DNA of 64,000 bases from an uncultured Eubacteriales bacterium. Its GTDB lineage: Bacteria; Bacillota; Clostridia; Oscillospirales; CAG-272. Below, piece after piece: positions 61,995-64,000 of the stretch. A model generated the notes under the pieces. It was not told the origin of the DNA, searched no databases, and was given only the letters and a program-made list of their open reading frames with translations. Location of the stretch: contig CAKSAC010000002.1 of the NCBI GenBank assembly GCA_934434925.1, positions 91,432 through 155,431 of the forward strand, written 5' to 3'. Both the position numbers and the translations under genes were made by a program. Every line of letters begins with the position of its first letter. The stretch's first letter is position 1.

Positions 61995-62544
61995 CCTGCT
62001 CCCCGCCCTTTTATGGTCGTTGCCGTTGCTTTTGTTCTCCACGCCGGCAGAACTCTGCATGATTGCTTCGGCCGTCCTTTTGCACGAAGGGGCGCATCTT
62101 TCGGTATTACTTTGTTTCGGGGCTTCGGCCCCGCGTCTCCGAGGGGAAACGACCGGATTCCGGCTCCTTCCCCGCGCCATGCTTTCCTATCGGCAGGAAC
62201 TGGCGGTCGCGCTGGCGGGGCCGGCGGCCAATCTGCTCTTTTTCCTGCTGCTGTGTCCGGCCGCTTCTTTTCCGGCGGCGGTTTTGCGCGGCGTACATCT
62301 TTTTTACGGTCTTTCCAACCTGCTCCCGCTCGGAACGACCGACGGCGGACGGGCGCTTTTTGATCTGGCGGCGCTCTTTTTTCCCCTCCCGATAGCCGAA
62401 AAAATCAGTCGGGGCGTCACGTTTTCCCTCGGCGGAGTCCTTCTTTTTTCATTGCTTTTTCTCCTGCTTGACCGCGGAGGCGCCTATGCGATCCTGCTTT
62501 TGCTCTCTCTTCTTTTGTGCCTTCTTTCCTCCGCGACATCCTGA
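61984..62544 (+). CDS. site-2 protease family (M50) intramembrane metalloprotease, short form
   Basis: HExxH in a TM segment ([10 protein letters not shown]), plus [11 protein letters not shown], which matches the NxxPxxxxDG motif. The start is uncertain: I propose GTG 61984, because ATG 61726 abuts a terminator and has no RBS. Confidence 0.55.
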   Translation: MKTDLLPALLWSLPLLLFSTPAELCMIASAVLLHEGAHLSVLLCFGASAPRLRGETTGFRLLPRAMLSYRQELAVALAGPAANLLFFLLLCPAASFPAAVLRGVHLFYGLSNLLPLGTTDGGRALFDLAALFFPLPIAEKISRGVTFSLGGVLLFSLLFLLLDRGGAYAILLLLSLLLCLLSSATS

Positions 62545-62612
62545 CGGGAAAAAGCCGAAAATCCCGGTGCGCGCCGCGCAAAAAAGGCGAAATATTTTTT
62601 TTGAAAAAATTA

Positions 62613-62641
62613 TTGCATTTTGTCGGGTTATTTGATATAAT
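62613..62641 (+). promoter_or_regulatory. sigma-A-type promoter of potAB
   Basis: TTGCAT, 17 nt, TATAAT, preceded by an A/T-rich UP-like tract. Confidence 0.65.
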
Positions 62642-62702
62642 GCTAATCGATTTCTTTTCAGAAAAATTATATAAAAAGAAAGGAGACCCAGACGAAAAGA
62701 AA

Positions 62703-63821
62703 ATGGAAAAAATCATTGAGTTAAGAGGAATTACCAAGGAGTTCGACGGGGAGCGTGTGCTGAACTCGATCGACCTCTATATCCGGGACAATGAGTTTGT
62801 CACTCTGCTCGGTCCCTCGGGTTGCGGAAAAACCACGACCCTGCGTATCATCGGCGGGTTCGTCTCCCCTGATGAAGGCGAAGTTTACTTTGACGGCAAG
62901 AAGATCAACGATCTTCCCCCTTACCGCCGCCAGGTGAATACTGTATTTCAGAAATACGCCTTGTTCCCTCATCTTAATGTTTATGAAAACATTGCGTTTG
63001 CACTCCGGTTGCAAAAACGCCCGGAGGCCGAAATTTCGGAACGTGTCAAACAAATGCTGGAGCTCGTGGCACTCAAAGGCTTTGAACGCCGCAATGTCAC
63101 CCTGCTTTCCGGCGGGCAGCAGCAGCGTGTGGCTATCGCCCGCGCACTGATCAACAACCCCCGGGTTCTGTTGCTGGATGAGCCTCTCGGCGCACTGGAT
63201 CTGAAACTCCGCAAGGACATGCAGAACGAGCTGAAAAAGATTCAGCAGCAGACGGGGATCGCTTTTATTTATGTGACCCATGACCAGGAAGAAGCGCTCT
63301 CCATGTCGGATACCGTGGTCGTCATGGCGAACGGGGTAATCCAGCAAATCGGCACGCCGACCGATATATATAATGAGCCGAAAAACGCCTTTGTGGCGGA
63401 TTTTATCGGCGAAAGCAACATCATCGACGGCATTATGCGTGAAGATTGTAAAGTTTCCTTTGCACGCCATCTTTTCACCTGCGTGGACAGCGGCTTTATG
63501 AAAAACGAGCCGGTGGACGTGGTGGTACGTCCGGAAGATGTCGATGTGGTACCGGCAGAGCGCGGCATGTTGCGCGGCACCGTCACCTCCGTCACCTTCA
63601 AAGGGGTGCATTACGAGATCATCGTGGATATTGACGGATTCAAATGGATGATCCAGACAACAGACTTTGAGCCGGTCGGCAAAGAGATCGGTCTCTATAT
63701 CGAGCCGGACGCCATCCATATCATGAAAAAGTCTGAGTTCTCCGGGCAATTCGGGGATTACAGCACGTTCAGCGACGAGATGGACGAGCTTTCCAACCCC
63801 ATTCCCGAGGAGGAGGAATAA
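62703..63821 (+). CDS. potA: spermidine/putrescine ABC transporter ATP-binding protein
   Basis: ORF trimmed to ATG 62703 (AAAGGAGA RBS), 372 aa. Walker [10 protein letters not shown], signature LSGGQQQR, and a C-terminal TOBE-like domain. Confidence 0.92.
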   Translation: MEKIIELRGITKEFDGERVLNSIDLYIRDNEFVTLLGPSGCGKTTTLRIIGGFVSPDEGEVYFDGKKINDLPPYRRQVNTVFQKYALFPHLNVYENIAFALRLQKRPEAEISERVKQMLELVALKGFERRNVTLLSGGQQQRVAIARALINNPRVLLLDEPLGALDLKLRKDMQNELKKIQQQTGIAFIYVTHDQEEALSMSDTVVVMANGVIQQIGTPTDIYNEPKNAFVADFIGESNIIDGIMREDCKVSFARHLFTCVDSGFMKNEPVDVVVRPEDVDVVPAERGMLRGTVTSVTFKGVHYEIIVDIDGFKWMIQTTDFEPVGKEIGLYIEPDAIHIMKKSEFSGQFGDYSTFSDEMDELSNPIPEEEE

Positions 63822-63824
63822 ACG

Positions 63825-64000
63825 ATGCGCGGCACGTCCCTGCGGCGTTCTGTTGCCGCCGCCCCGCACCTTGTGTGGAGCGTTCTGTTTATCATCGCAC
63901 CTTTTTTGTTTATTCTTTACTATTCCTTTACCGATAAAGACGGTTCTTTTTCCTTTTCCAACATCGCCGATCTCTTCACCTGGGATTATTTTTCGATTTT
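63825..64000 (+). CDS. potB: spermidine/putrescine ABC transporter permease (5' partial, runs off window)
   Basis: ATG 63825 lies 3 nt after the potA stop. It translates to MRGTSLRRSVAAAPHLVWSVLFIIAPFLFILYYSF, which matches the permease N-terminal TM. Confidence 0.7.
   Translation, partial: MRGTSLRRSVAAAPHLVWSVLFIIAPFLFILYYSFTDKDGSFSFSNIADLFTWDYFSI

Overview
This is a GC-rich, Clostridia-like (Firmicutes) chromosomal segment with very high coding density. I see no rRNA, tRNA, CRISPR array, transposase, integrase or prophage gene. I call 54 protein-coding genes after trimming several over-extended ORF-track starts to the start codon that has an RBS.

Every gene from 191 to 35328 is on the minus strand. 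In order these are:
- an NYN-domain protein
- fhs, a monomeric [FeFe]-hydrogenase, and a kinase-fold / NTase-fold / TPR trio
- an orphan glycyl-radical enzyme (GRE) with its activase
- a Re-citrate-synthase / GntR / aconitase / isocitrate-dehydrogenase operon ending in a translationally coupled membrane protein
- a Zn-ribbon / DUF896 / CBM9-like mini-operon and a CBM9 lipoprotein
- tcdA and an ECF S-component
- rpoB-rpoC-rpsL-rpsG-fusA-tuf

The 35-64 kb part is mixed-strand. It holds AraC + GH4 + GH27 alpha-galactosidases, birA, DUF554, an LRR lipoprotein, mecA, cysS, a split TauE/SafE pair, ftsK, DJ-1, GNAT, MTHFS, an amidase, ttcA, ligA, a clan GH-A hydrolase + AraC, an aminotransferase, proS, a degenerate BirA paralog, an S2P-like protease and potAB.

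Many near-consensus sigma-A promoters and intrinsic terminators can be read directly. Overall this is an ordinary core-genome region, and I do not see a convincing new multi-gene system.

The leads worth a second look are:
1. Recurrent short tandem-repeat arrays sit in 3' spacers, often starting inside the last codons so that the stop codon is duplicated.
2. The GRE/activase pair has no contextual clue to its substrate.
3. One BirA-fold paralog lacks the biotin/ATP motifs.
4. A TauE/SafE gene is split into two ATGA-coupled halves upstream of cysS.
5. A TPR-NTase-kinase trio is coupled to a hydrogenase and fhs.

All family assignments rest on motifs and my memory of the families. No database search was possible.
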